Assembly (NCBI GenBank): GCA_951406725.2
Contig: OX597836.1
Location: 27,652,001 to 27,716,000 of the forward strand
Direction: 5' to 3'
Source: Octopus vulgaris
Taxonomy: Eukaryota
DNA length: 64,000 nt
In this document: positions 1 to 12,152 of the stretch, one piece after another
How positions within the stretch are numbered: the stretch's first letter is position 1
Layout of the letters: every line of letters begins with the position of its first letter
The notes under the pieces: generated by a model
Database searches by the model: none
Seen by the model: only the letters and a program-made list of their open reading frames with translations
What the model was told of the DNA's origin: nothing
Program-made: the position numbers and the translations under genes

Positions 1-34
1 ATGATTCAGTCAGCTCGTCGCCTTATAGATGATG

Positions 35-110
<76 letters not shown>
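35..110. repeat. (AAT)n microsatellite
   Basis: Pure AAT run of about 25 units. Confidence 0.95.
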
Positions 111-113
<3 letters not shown>

Positions 114-290
114 TGATTTCAAATTTTGGAACAAAGCCAGAAAATAGTTCACCAATGTATTGAAGCAGAAGACCCTCTACAAAAATTCTGAATATAATGA
201 CAGCAATGTCAGCAGTGGGACCTTAAATGCTATTTGGGTCTTTACAGCAAGCCAGTGTTGAAATGTTGTATGAGGCGGTGTAGACCTTTA

Positions 291-483
291 TATAGTTGAA
301 ATTTACCGAAAAACAAAAGATGAAGACACGTGTAGAAGCAACAAACAGGTGTAATGTTTTAACGCTCGGGAAGGTGAGAAAGTCTTTTACGTTTCGAGCC
401 TACGCTCTTCAACGGAAAGGAACACGATGAAATAAACAGAGAGAGAATATAAAAGCTTTTGGAGCTGGCGGTCAATCATAGCC
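291..483 (-). mobile_element. Short PLE-terminus-like repeat (family P1) with hammerhead-like core
   Basis: Homologous copies at 11760-11890 (opposite orientation), 19133-19293 and 49862-50035. Minus strand reads TTGAAGA-GCGTAGGCTC-GAAACGTA. Confidence 0.6.
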
Positions 484-544
484 TTTATTTACTCAGAGGT
501 AGAATATATAAACAAGTGTAGAACCGCTATATCCTCAGAGATAA

Positions 545-748
545 AGGCGGGCGAAATGCTTAGCGGTATTTCGTCTGTCGTTACGTTCTGAGTTCAAATT
601 CCGCCGAGATCGCCTTTGCCTTTCATTCTTTCGGGGTCGATAAATTAAGTACCAGTTACCCACTGGGGTCGATGTAATCGACTTAATCCCTTTGTCTGTC
701 CTTGTTTGTCTCCTCTATGTTTAGCCCCTTGTGGGTAGTAAAGAAATA
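545..748 (+). mobile_element. tRNA-derived SINE family B (Meta-domain-like), 5'-shortened
   Basis: B-box GAGTTCAAATTCC and GCCTTTCATTCTTTCGGGGTCGATAAATTAAGTACCAG domain. Flanked by near-direct repeat TATATCCTCAG(A/G)GATA. Confidence 0.85.
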
Positions 749-936
749 TATATCCTCAGGGATATAATATATCCTAATATACTCAGAAACAGGGTATACA
801 AATTAGTATAGAACCCTTATAGACTCAAAGATAGAACATAGAAATTAGTGTAAAGCAATTACAAGCTCGGAACCAGTGTAGCGCTTTTGCATACACAAGG
901 ACAGAGTATATACACCAGTGTACAGTTTTTATAACC

Positions 937-1765
937 CAGCGCTGGATTAAAAATTAAGCAGAATAAGCACTTCTTTGGGCATCGACAGGAGAGGGGCACT
1001 ACAGAAATGGTAAGTGGTTTACGGCACAAAAGAAATCAGTTTAAACTGATTAAAATGATATTCGAAGTTGTTTATATGATTGGAAATATATTTTCGAAGA
1101 GTTCATGGTATTATAACTCTTTTACTCTCTTTTACTTGTTTCAGTCATTTGACTGCGGCCATGCTGGAGCACCGCCTTTAGTCGAGCAAATCGACCCCGG
1201 GACTTATTCTTTGTAAGCCCAGTACTTATTCTATCGGTCCATTTTGCTGAACCGCTAAGTGACGGGGACGTAAACACACCAGCATCGGTTGTCAAGCAAT
1301 GCTAGGGGGACAAACACATACACACACACTTATATATATATATACATATATACGACAGGCTTCTTTCAGTTTCCGTCTACCAAATCCACTCACAAGGCAT
1401 TGGTCGGCCCGGGGCTATAGCAGAAGACACTTGCCCAAGATGCCACGCAGTGGGACTGAACCCGGAACCATGTGGTTGGTTAGCAAGCTACTTACCACAC
1501 AGCCACTCCTGAGGATCGTATCAAAGAATTTGCAATCAAAAAAGTAGGAGAACATTTTTCAGACATAAATAAAGCGGAAGTATATAAAAATGAAAATTAT
1601 TTTCCATTCTATTGTTAGTTTAGTTTCATCTTGAAAAGTATTTTGGCAAAATAAACCTTAAAATATTTTATGGTTTATTATTGTTTATATTTTGAATTAC
1701 GTATATATGGGGACACCAAAATCTTTTAAGTGTTCAGGGCCTCTATGGGTCTTAATCCGGCCCTG
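937..1765. mobile_element. hAT-like non-autonomous element carrying a nested SINE
   Basis: Imperfect TIRs CAGCGCTGGATTAA (937) / TTAATCCGGCCCTG (1752-1765). Flanks TTATAACC and TATAAACT resemble a degenerate 8-bp TSD. Confidence 0.45.
1116..1511 (-). mobile_element. tRNA-derived SINE family A (CORE-like), near full length
   Basis: Minus strand: AGGAGTGGCTGTGTGG head, GGTTCAGTCCC B-box, TCTTGGGCAAG core motif, internal TA/TG tract, AAAAGAG-type tail. More than 10 homologues in the window. Confidence 0.9.
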
Positions 1766-2073
1766 TATAAACTAGTGAAAATCCCTTTCCTGTGATAACG
1801 TATAAAGCACTGCTGTAAACAGCGGAAGAGAGCTAGAACGTTAGAACTTCGTGCGCATGCGCAAAAGAGTTCAAGGTTAATCTTTATCAAGCGGCTTCAT
1901 TCTGCATGCTTTAGCTTCGTTACTATGACAACAGTCCGGATATTTATTGATGAGACCTCGTATATAAATCACTATAGAGCTCATATATGCGTATAAATCA
2001 ATGAAGAGCACCCGTGCTCCTATTTACTCAAAGATAAGGTAGACAAACCAGTGTAAAACACTTATGTATTCTT

Positions 2074-2111
<38 letters not shown>

Positions 2112-2171
2112 AAGAATACATATATATATACATATATATATATATTCTATATATGTATATATGTATGTATG

Positions 2172-2249
<78 letters not shown>

Positions 2250-2419
2250 ATTTAAGTTAGTGTAGGGTTCTTGGATGCTGACAGATATCGTTAATTTCTT
2301 TCTTCTCACAGTTGCGACACGCTATTGCCATCACCTTATGTAACCTTCGTTTACCGAGCGATTGTGTCACTGTTTGGTGTACTGAGTTCGTTCCCACTTC
2401 TGTCTCGGTAAACATACTT

Positions 2420-2790
2420 GTTTCAATTGTTGGGCTGCGGCCATGCTGGAGTACGGCCTTGAGGAATTTTAATCGAATGAATCACCTCCGGTACTTTTTG
2501 CTATTTTGTTTTTGAAAGCTTGGCACTTATTCTATCGGTCCCTTTTGCATAACCGCTAGTTACAGGAACATAAGCATACCAACGCTAGTTGTCAAGCGGT
2601 GAGATGTGAAACAAACACAGACGCAATGACAGACACACGCACGCACGCACGCGCGCACACCCACCTAAATTTACGACCGGATTCCTTCAGTTTCCGTCTA
2701 CGAAATCCACTCACAAGTGTTTGCTCAATGTGCCGCGCAGTGGGTTGTAGTGGGGAAGCAAACTTCTTAGACATATCCACTCCTGCATCT
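2420..2790 (-). mobile_element. SINE family A, degenerate and internally deleted
   Basis: CTGCGGCCATGCTGG, TTCTATCGGTC and CAGTTTCCGTCTAC blocks match family A. Confidence 0.75.
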
Positions 2791-3030
2791 ATGTCATCTC
2801 CTGATTATCTGAACTTTTCAACCCCCTTCATCACCTATTCCGATATATAGGTAACCATCTGTCACCAACAGAGGAAAGAAAACTCCTTCTAAATAAACAC
2901 AATATACCCCATGGCTACTTCCTTCAAACAAGTATGGTTTGCTAACATGTACGATGCTTTCACTAATTCTTTTAGGTGCCTGTATAGTCGCAGGTAGCCA
3001 AAGAAATCCTCTTGACTCTTCCACCTTCAC
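2790..3030 (-). pseudogene. Possible decayed Gypsy-type RT/RNaseH connection remnant
   Basis: Minus-strand VEESRGFLWL resembles the V..+R.FLGL motif. The rest is highly degenerate. Confidence 0.2.
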
Positions 3031-3036
3031 TTTGCG

Positions 3037-3294
3037 CAGAGGTTCTCAACCACTTTTCAGCTATAGACCCCTTTGATTCTTCTTTACTCGAGTGGTCCCT
3101 CAAAGCCATTCAATGTTAAAAAATCCTATTATTATATTTTTAGAATTAAATATTACTAGGAATTGTATAAAAATTGTTAGAATATTTTGTGTATTTTAGA
3201 AGCATAATCAATTTATTGCACATAATTTTTAACAATCAAGATCTTATATGGAACTCCTCCCAAGGGCCACGTGGGCCCCGGTTGAGGACCACTG
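3037..3294. mobile_element. hAT/Charlie-like MITE
   Basis: TIRs CAGAGGTTCTCAACC ... GGTTGAGGACCACTG with an AT-rich interior. TSD not preserved. Confidence 0.65.
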
Positions 3295-3541
3295 ATCTAG
3301 AGGAACATCCGGGATGTGATCGCTAAATCTAGAGATTAAACTGTTCCAGTATTCAGATGATACACATTTTCAGCCACTTTTACTGAGGTTGCATTAAAAA
3401 AAAATCTAATTCGCTCAAGGACCCTGTGCGCTTCCCAATCCTGAAATTGAACCTAGGCCCTTACGCTTGTGGCTCCAACACCCTAACCATTAGGCCACAC
3501 AGCAAAACGTTATGACGTGGTTATATGTTGCCCGTCAAGTT

Positions 3542-4158
3542 AGGTGCAGGCATGGATGAGTGGTAAGAAGTTTGCTACCTAACCACATGGTTCTGGGTTC
3601 CGTCTCACTGTGCGGCACCTTGGGCAAATGTCTTCTACTATAGCCTCAGGTCAACCAAAGCCTTGTGCGTGGATTTGGTAGACAGAACCTAAAAGAATCC
3701 CATCGTATGTACCTATTCATATGTGTCTTTGCGTATGTGTTTGTACCTTACACCGTTTGACAACCGGTGTAGGTTTGTTAACATCTCCGTAACTTAGCGT
3801 TTCGTTAAAACTGACCGATAGAACAAATACAACGCTTTAAAGAAAACCAATAAGTCCTGGGGTCGATTCATTCGGCTAAAAGCTCTTCCAGGCTGTACTG
3901 CAGCATGGCCACAGTCTAGTGATTGAAACAAATAAGAGATAAAAGATAAAAGATTAAAGATTAAAGTCTCACCCACCATCGAGAATCTGAACAAGATATA
4001 ACAACACTGAACACTAAAATGTCTTCAAGGCAGTGCTGAAGCATGGCCACAGTCTAATGACTGAAACAAATAATAGATAAAAGACTAAAGATTAAAGATT
4101 AAAGTCTCATCCACCTACGAGAATCTAAACAAAATACACCAACTCTGAACACCTAATA
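3542..4158 (+). mobile_element. SINE family A with tandem duplication of its 3' end plus flank (~138 bp)
   Basis: Head AGGTGCAGGCATGG and core CCTTGGGCAAATG. GCATGGCCACAGTCTA..TGAAACAAATAA..AAAGTCTCA occurs twice. Confidence 0.8.
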
Positions 4159-4356
4159 TATTTGTTTAAACTACTTTGTAATGGAAAAACAACAGCAAAC
4201 CAGTGACGCTCGTCTAGTGGCTTCTTAGCGACATACATACAATAGATAATATGTTTATATAAGAGAATGGAGGAGCCTTCGTTGATTTCGACGGTGAGCA
4301 GTCAGTCGTTGGTGAACCCGCACGTTGAATTAATATTGAAGTGGTCGAATATTCTG

Positions 4357-4429
<73 letters not shown>

Positions 4430-4572
4430 ACCATTAATGTAATCCTTAGGGAGGTTTAGAGTAACACAATGTCTGACGAGGTTGGCTTTTTGAATTTTGC
4501 GTTAAGTGGCAAAGGATCTTCGAAATACATATGCATACACATACATACATAATATATAAGTAATATGTATAT

Positions 4573-4642
<70 letters not shown>

Positions 4643-4643
4643 A

Positions 4644-4700
<57 letters not shown>

Positions 4701-4856
4701 CGGAGATGTACTTGCATAGCAAGTGACCTGATTTGAGATCGTGTGCTGGAACGAAAACAATTGCAGCGTGGAAGGTGTTTATAAGCCATTTAAGAAACAC
4801 AAAAACCGTTAGATTCACTTCAACATTTAAATTTAAGTTGCCAAAATAGTTTCGTT

Positions 4857-4888
<32 letters not shown>

Positions 4889-4889
4889 C

Positions 4890-4948
<59 letters not shown>

Positions 4949-5499
4949 TAAACACACACACATGTATATATATTGAGAGAGAGAGATAAAGAAAAGAAAT
5001 GTTGCCTGTTCATAGGAACATATTTGTGCTACGTAGAATACGTACATATACACCTGTGCATACATACATGCATACACACATACACACACATACATGCACA
5101 CACATACCTACATACATACACACACACACACATATACATACATGAATGTATGAACGCTTGTGTGTGCGTGTGTTTGTGTATTGATATCTATTCACATTGA
5201 AAGACTCAAAAACAGACGCTGTGATGTGCATAAATATTTATTAATTATTTAATAACAACACCGACAAATTTCCACGATATGCAAATTAGGGTATCACACC
5301 AAAGTTGTACTTTGCGACAATTTTTAAAAAACGATTTGCTTTAAGTCCCCTGCGTACAGATATTAATGAACGGGACAAACGTTCTGGTGAATGGATTAAT
5401 TAACACTAGAATACGTCAAGGCAATCTCCGTTATTTTTCTTATCGATGTAAAACTCTTTCAGCTTGTACTCTGTAGTTGATATTATCTTTTCTGTTTTA

Positions 5500-5746
5500 A
5501 CTTTTTCTTGCTTCTGTCATTAGACTACGGCCATGCAGTGGCATTGCTTTGAAGAATTTTAGTCGAATGAATCAACCACAATTTATCATTAAAATTTTTG
5601 TATTGGTAAATCTGATACTTATTCCATCAGTCTCTTGTGCCAAACTGTTATATTACAGGGACGTAAAGATATCAACACCCGTTGTCGGTTGTCAAGGAGG
5701 TGGCGGGGGACAGACACATACAAAGCGATACACACACGCACGAAAG

Positions 5747-5760
<14 letters not shown>
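5500..5760 (-). mobile_element. SINE family A 3' half, degenerate
   Basis: GACTACGGCCATGC, TTTAGTCGAATGAATC, CGGTTGTCAAG, followed by a CA tract. Confidence 0.7.
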
Positions 5761-5789
<29 letters not shown>

Positions 5790-5930
5790 CACACATACAC
5801 ACACACACATAAACTCCTTTACTTTGTCTGTTCTACAATTCCCTCTGCTTCTGTGAACTAACCCCTCTCAGATCCATTCAACACACCCGTTTCTTGTTTT
5901 TACGTAATACAGGGGGTGCAAAATTAGGTA

Positions 5931-6116
5931 CAGTAATCTCTCGACTATCGTGAATGTTACGTTCCAAAACCACCCCGCGATTGGTGAAAATCCGCGAAGT
6001 AGAAACAGTACTATACTGTATATTATTATAAATGCAAAACAACACCAAGGAGGAATCGACGTAAGCTTAAATAATAAACCGCGATAGGTGAACCGCGATA
6101 TGGGTAGAGATTACTC
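5931..6116. mobile_element. pogo/Tigger-like MITE
   Basis: TA-CAGTAATCTCTCGACTATCG ... CGCGATATGGGTAGAGATTACTC-TA. Confidence 0.7.
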
Positions 6117-6119
6117 TAT

Positions 6120-6493
6120 GGATGGAAGCACTCCGTCAGTTACGACGATGAGGGTTCCGGTTGATCCGAATCAACGGAACAGCCTGCTCGTGAAATTAAC
6201 GTGTAAGTGGCTGAGCGCTCCACAGACACGTGCACTCTTAACGTAGTTCTCGGGGATATTCAGCGTGACACAGAGAGTGACAAGGCCGGCCTCTTGAAAT
6301 ACAGGTACAACAGAAACAGGAAGTAAGAGTGGGAGAAAGTTGTGGTGAAAGAGTACAGCAGGGATCACCACCATCCCCTGCCGGAGCCTCGTGGAACTTT
6401 TAGGTGTTTTCGCTCAATAAACACTCGCAACGCCCGGTCTGGGAATCGAAACCGCGAGTCCGCTGCCCTAACCACTGGGCCATTGCGCCTCCA
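6120..6493 (-). mobile_element. tRNA(Arg)-like SINE family C
   Basis: Minus strand head GGAGGCGCAATGGCCCAGTGGTTAGGGCAGCGGACTCGCGG. Direct repeat AGATTACTCTAT at 6108-6119 and 6498-6509. Confidence 0.88.
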
Positions 6494-6757
6494 ACTCAGA
6501 TTACTCTATACAGTTATGAAAAAAGAAAACACGTACAATGCTCATTTCTTATTATCAAAAGAAATTAAAAGTTACGATTAAAGTTTTATTATAGTTTTGA
6601 TAAATGTATTATTATGATTAATGACACTGAAATTATCAAAAATGAGGCTCACTAATTTAGTGCGCTAATAATTTTAATGAATTAAGTATTATAACATAGA
6701 TGTGATACTTACTGTAGACCTAGTTTTGCAGCTCCCTGTATATTATTTTATATCCTG

Positions 6758-7330
6758 AGGCGGCGAGCTGGCAGAAACGTTAGCACGCCGGGCGAAATGC
6801 TAAGCAGTATTTCGTCCGCCGTTACGTTCAAATTCCGCCAAGGTCGACTTGCCTTTCATCCTTTCGGGGTCGATTAAATAAGTACCAGTTATGCACTGGG
6901 CTCGATATAATTGACTTAATCCGTTTGTCTGTCCTCGTTTGTCCCCTCTGTGTTTAGCCCCCTGTGGGTAGTAAAGAAATAGGTATTTAGTCTGCCGTTA
7001 CGTTCTGAGTTCAAATTCCGCCGAGGTCGACTTTGCCTTTCATCCTTTCGGGGTCGATTAAATAAGTACCAGTTACGCACTGTGCTCGATATAATTGACT
7101 TAATCCGTTTGTCTGTCCTCGTTTGTCCTCTCTGTGTTTAGCCCCTTGTGGGTAGTAAAGAAATATGTATTTCGTCTGTCTGTACGTTCTGAGTTCAAAT
7201 TCCGCCGAGGTCGATTTTGCCTGTCGTTCTTTCGGGGCAGATAAATTCAGTACCAGTTGCGTACTGGAGTCGTTCTAATCGACTAGCCCCCCTCTCCAGA
7301 AATTTCGGGCCTTGTGCCTAGAGTAGAAAA
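6758..7330 (+). mobile_element. SINE family B with three tandem body units
   Basis: Head AGGCGGCGAGCTGGCAGAAACGTTAGC, then body units starting at about 6808, 6984 and 7168. Confidence 0.9.
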
Positions 7331-7442
7331 GATATATATATATATATATATATATATAATAATAATAAATATTAGGGAATAAATCTAAATTTACAAGGAA
7401 AAATCAGATTTAAGATTGAATCCAATTTTATAGTAAAATATT

Positions 7443-7754
7443 ATATTATATCAAATTAGAGACAAAACCACTATTATGCAAATCAAACAAAGAAAGACTT
7501 AAGCCAATACATAAAATAATTTATATAAATTAAAATTTAACATATGAATAACCACTACGATCGTTTCGTGTCAGCACATTCTTCAGGTGGTTTCAAAACC
7601 TAAAATATAAAATATAATCAATATTTTTACGATATAAATATCTATATAATCTAAATAAAAATTTACTTATAATAAACTCTATTATTAAATATGTATTGGC
7701 TTAAGTCTTTCTTTGTTTGATTTGCATAATAGTGGTTTTGTCTCTAATTTGATA

Positions 7755-7760
<6 letters not shown>
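7443..7760. repeat. Inverted repeat (~70 bp arms) within a (TA)n-flanked PLE-like insert
   Basis: 7443-7513 is the reverse complement of 7690-7760. TA tracts at 7332-7357 and 7761-7788. Related arm sequence at 12045-12110. Confidence 0.85.
7550..7592 (-). ncRNA. Minimal type-I hammerhead ribozyme motif
   Basis: AACCAC-CTGAAGA-atGTGctgaCAC-GAAACGATCGTA-GTGGTT: stem I, intact core, palindromic stem III, GUA triplet. Confidence 0.7.
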
Positions 7761-7793
<33 letters not shown>

Positions 7794-7823
7794 CATATGT
7801 ATATATATTACAAATATTACATA

Positions 7824-8037
7824 CACGAGGAGGTGCACAAAGGTTTCTGACTCTGGGTAAAAGAAAATAAAGGAGGATCGTGATTTTATTCAACATCTTT
7901 CCCTCTCAGATTCACATACTTAATGCAGCGGTTCTTCAGTTTTTCTAAGTCCTGCAAAAGAACTCGGAAGGTTGGACCTCAAACCAGGCCTTTCGCGATG
8001 CCCTTAAAGTTAGGAAATTTTCAGCACCCATTCGTAT
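7824..8037 (-). mobile_element. mariner-derived MITE
   Basis: Imperfect TIRs CGAGGAGGTGCACAAAGGTTTC / GGAAATTTTCAGCACCCATTCGTA. Interior encodes a mariner-like C-terminus (FAGLRK..RCIKYVNLRGKDVE*) on the minus strand. Confidence 0.6.
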
Positions 8038-8932
8038 ATATGAATATATTACATATAAAAGGGCGAAGACCAATTTCGGTCACGAATACCACGGGATTGC
8101 CGCAAGAAAGTTCCCCTCCGTGGCACAAGTCCGAGCAAGGTTTTTTTTTTGTGAAAGGCCAGCGGTCACTCATATATACCAGTTTCCCTTCTCTTCGCCA
8201 CCGATGTTGTCCAAGGGAAAGGTAATGACCGATACAGCTGGGCGCCAGTGATGTCGCAACTCATTTATTGTTTCTATGCGTTCCGGTAATGGTTTGAAGT
8301 CCGGCGGTTGAGGAACCATTGTAAAGAAAATAAATATATTTCTTTCTTTAGTTTTAACATAAAGGGTCTTAGTTGGAATCTACTCCCAAGAATAAGACAC
8401 CTGAATACGAATGGAAACCAAACCAATCGAAATGTGATAGGTAAATATTAAAACAAAAAGAAACGTTTCATCTTTAAGGAAGAGGTCAAGAATCTGAAAA
8501 TTGTACTCGTGTAAAGTACCAGTAATTCACTGGTTCGTACCTGTTAATGACATAGCATTGCTTATCGGCGTGTCCAAGGAAATTCTAACAGATTTATATT
8601 ATTGATATTAGGGGATACACGATTTTTCGCCTGTCATATTCCTCCATATTTATTTTCCAGGGCCAATCTTCAACATTGCTGTTATTGTTCAGAAGAGACT
8701 AACGACACGTGACAGAGAAAATCTGACATCTCCACTAATTAATTAACCAGTCACTCAATCAATTAATTATTTAAATAATGACGCATTAAACGAGATGTGT
8801 TATATAATCTGAAATGTGAAGTTATTCATATCTAACGATAAGCAGTAAAGTAAATTAACCATCACTGTCATATGTAATCAGATACAGGTGTAGCAGTATA
8901 AATAGACGTCTTTCTCGAATCCGACGAAGGCC

Positions 8933-8967
<35 letters not shown>

Positions 8968-8971
8968 TTTG

Positions 8972-9356
8972 CCTTTCACTTGTTTCTGTCATCAGACTGC
9001 GGCCATGCTGGGGCACCGCTTTGAAGAACTTTAGTCGAACATATCGATCTCGGTACCTGTTTTTCATTAAAAATAAAAAAAACCTGGCGCTCAATCTATC
9101 TGTCTCGTTTGCCGAATCTCTAAGTCACAAGGATGTAAGCGCACCAATACCGGTTGTCCAGCGGTCGTGGTGTGTTTACGATATAAAGACACCTCCTACA
9201 CCCCCCCACAAACACCCCCCACATATATGTATATATGACGGGCTTCTTTCAGTTTCCATCTACCATGTCCACTCATAAGGCTTTAGTCGGCTCGAGGCTC
9301 TTGCCCAAGGCACTTGCCCACAGTGGAATTGAGCCCGGAACCATGTAACTGAGAAG
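8972..9356 (-). mobile_element. SINE family A, diverged
   Basis: GACTGCGGCCATGCTGGGGCACCGC ... GGGCTTCTTTCAGTTTCC ... CCCGGAACCATG. Confidence 0.8.
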
Positions 9357-9567
9357 CTAATTAATTTTTTTTTTCGTCAGAAGGAGAGGCAATACTTCCG
9401 ATCCTTTACTCATGCTGATGAAAGAACAAGGACCACATAGTGCCCAATGGTCGAAATCAGATTCAAGAATCATCTTAGTCGAGCAGTAAGTTCCTCATGA
9501 GAGCCGAGAATAAGAATGAACAACCCCAATACAATATGTGGAGATCTGATGACATTGAGAAAGAACT

Positions 9568-9925
9568 TTTCTACTATAAGCCACAAGGACCCCAGTACTT
9601 AACTGGTACTTAATTTATTGACTCCGAAAGGATGAAAGGCAAAGTCGACCTCGGCGGAATTTGAACTCAGAACGTAGCGGCAGACGAAATACCTATTTCT
9701 TTACTACCCACAAGGGGCTACATACAGACGGGATAAACAAGGACAGACAAACGTATTAAGTCGATTATATCGACCCCAGTGCGCAACTGGTACTTATTTA
9801 ATCGACCCCGAAAGGATGAAAGGCAAAGTCGACCTCGGCGGAATTTGAACTCAGAACGTAACGACAGACGAAATACCGCGAAGCATTTCGCCCGGCGTGC
9901 TAACGTTTCTGCCAGCTCGCCACCT
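9568..9925 (-). mobile_element. SINE family B with duplicated body and 18-bp TSD
   Basis: TSD TGACATTGAGAAAGAACT at 9550-9567 and 9926-9943. Confidence 0.92.
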
Positions 9926-9944
9926 TGACATTGAGAAAGAACTG

Positions 9945-11040
9945 ACAAAAGACGGGCCCCGTTATACATTACTGGCTGTAGAAGTTGGCTCTCTAGGGTT
10001 TTTTGTCGCAGCCTCCATTTACCACGTAATAGTTCGGCTCGGAATGGAAAGTCGTAAAAGAACAGCGACGATGAAACACGCTGTCAGAAATAACTGAGGA
10101 GCGCTCAAAGTGGTTATGGGCAAACAGAAACGATAGATGCAGCAGTAGAACAATTCTGCAAGCGGCTAAATAAAGATTAATAGGAAAGAAACTCAGATGG
10201 AAATAGGTCTGCAATGTAAGTTATTTCGGTGGTCTTCGCAGCCGAGTGGTATACACCACAGTCTAGAGAAATAAGATCTCCCGTAGGTTTAAGGTTCAAA
10301 CCTCACTAAATGTAGTATTTCGAAAACAGTCGAAGGACACCTAAGATCCGTGACAGAGGTGGGCGTAGATGCTTTACAGTGTCAGAAACTAAGTTTCTAC
10401 GAGGAAATAACTAGAAAACCCCAATAAATACGTTTAGTTACTTAATCTTCCAATTCTTAACTTCTCAAATCAAACAGCTAAATATTTCTCAATAGAAATC
10501 ACATAATACCATCCACAATCCGACCTCAATTGGAATAATGCTGGGAAACCGATTAATTATTATGGAAGCGTTCTTTTCTCAAGCATGAAGCATAACACAA
10601 TATAACTGTCTATACATAGAATCTTCTGACCTGAATCTCGCACACCTAAATTGGACACTACGCTTGGCTGAGCTCAACGCAAAAACACAATTCCTACCAC
10701 AAACCGAACAAACTTTTCCAGCAAGAACATTCAATCAACACACACCCTACAAACATACTTTCCTCCTCTCTTCTTCTACCCTCCTTCCTGTACATATACT
10801 TCTCACACCTACATACATTAAGCCTAATTGTCATTTCACATAGCTCCACCTACCATAGAAAATCAACTTGCCAAAGATTATATAAAGCCAAAAGAAACCC
10901 AAGTGTAACACAGTCCGACGAAGGCTAGCAGGCCAAAACTTCGAAGTTACTGTCGCCATCTTCTCATAAAATTCTAATAAACGTGAATTCTTCTAAAAAT
11001 TATTTAGTAATTCTTTGGCTTAACGTTCAATTGAATTTAT
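9945..11040 (+). pseudogene. Highly degenerate Penelope-like element 3' part
   Basis: Residual HVIVRL..QSGY and RLIIMEAFF motifs. Hammerhead-like CAGT-CCGACGA-AGGCTAGCAGGCC-AAAACTTCGAAGTT-ACTG at 10911-10952. Confidence 0.4.
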
Positions 11041-11046
11041 GTATAA

Positions 11047-11350
11047 TCTCTCTCTATATAAACGGCAAAATGTCTGTGTGTGTCCTTTATACAAATCCAC
11101 AATTTTTCAGTTAGAGAGCTCGCACTTTCTATGGTCCTTCAAAACCATCCAAGGGTGGTCGTGACTTTTTGGGAATTTTCTATCCAAAACCCTATCAAAA
11201 TGCCCGAAACTTGATACGCCAATTGAATGCCAGCTAGCTGTATGTGATTGGTTGGAGATTTGGACAGTATTCGCGTGTATGTGCGCACGCACGCAGCTGT
11301 ATATGCATGCACTAGCACTATGACCTGGCATTGCCGGATCATAGTGCTAG
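11047..11350 (+). mobile_element. Non-autonomous Helitron
   Basis: 5' TC, 3' hairpin CTGGCATTGCCGG about 9 nt before the terminal CTAG, inserted between A and T. Confidence 0.7.
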
Positions 11351-11931
11351 TTAGATATAAAAGCAAACATTACATAAATATATATATTTGTAGAGTAATA
11401 TATGGACTCATAGTATCGTGTGAGTTTCTGCCTTGATTTGTCAATGTAGAGTTGTGTTGAATAATGCTTAACATGCATAGAGGTGCAGACATGTAAACAT
11501 AATTCATTATTCAAAGAAATTATTATTACATTTTGAAGGCTGCGAAACAGCCGTAACCCTAAGGATGACAAGTGCTTTAATAACTATATTCACCTCTCAT
11601 ACCTCCTGACATTTTATGGTTTACACACACATGCACACACATTTATGTATGTATGTATGTATGTATGTATGTATGTATGTATGTATGTATGTATGCATGC
11701 GTGTGTGTGTGTATACATTTATGTATACACAGAGGATGTAACACATAGGGCGTATATTACTTTGTTGTCTCAAGCTTTGGTAGGAAAGTAAATTATATTC
11801 TTTTGTTAGCTCGGAGAGCAAACTGATACACCCACTGGTTGTTCCCTCACCTGTCATCGTCTTTTGTTTTCTCTAAACTTGAAATATATATATATAAATG
11901 GAACAAAAACGGAATAGAGGGTATTGTATGC

Positions 11932-11988
<57 letters not shown>

Positions 11989-12104
11989 ATTAAACTTTTA
12001 ATACTTTTGATATATATTTAAAATAATATAAATTAATTAATTTTACGTATTGGCTTATGTTTTTCATTGTTTGATTTGGTAATAGTGGTTTTATCTCTAA
12101 TTTA

Positions 12105-12152
<48 letters not shown>

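Larger units (their letters stand above)
5908..6740. mobile_element. Tc1/mariner-type MITE hosting two nested insertions
   Basis: Left TIR TACAGGGGGTGCAAAATTAGGTA|TACAGT is split by insertions. Right TIR ACTGTAGACCTAGTTTTGCAGCTCCCTGTA. Confidence 0.65.

Noticed and set aside
1845-1865. NRF1-like GCGCATGCGC motif (similar at 34731-34746)
   Set aside because: Short motif in repeat-derived context with no CpG island or gene start nearby.
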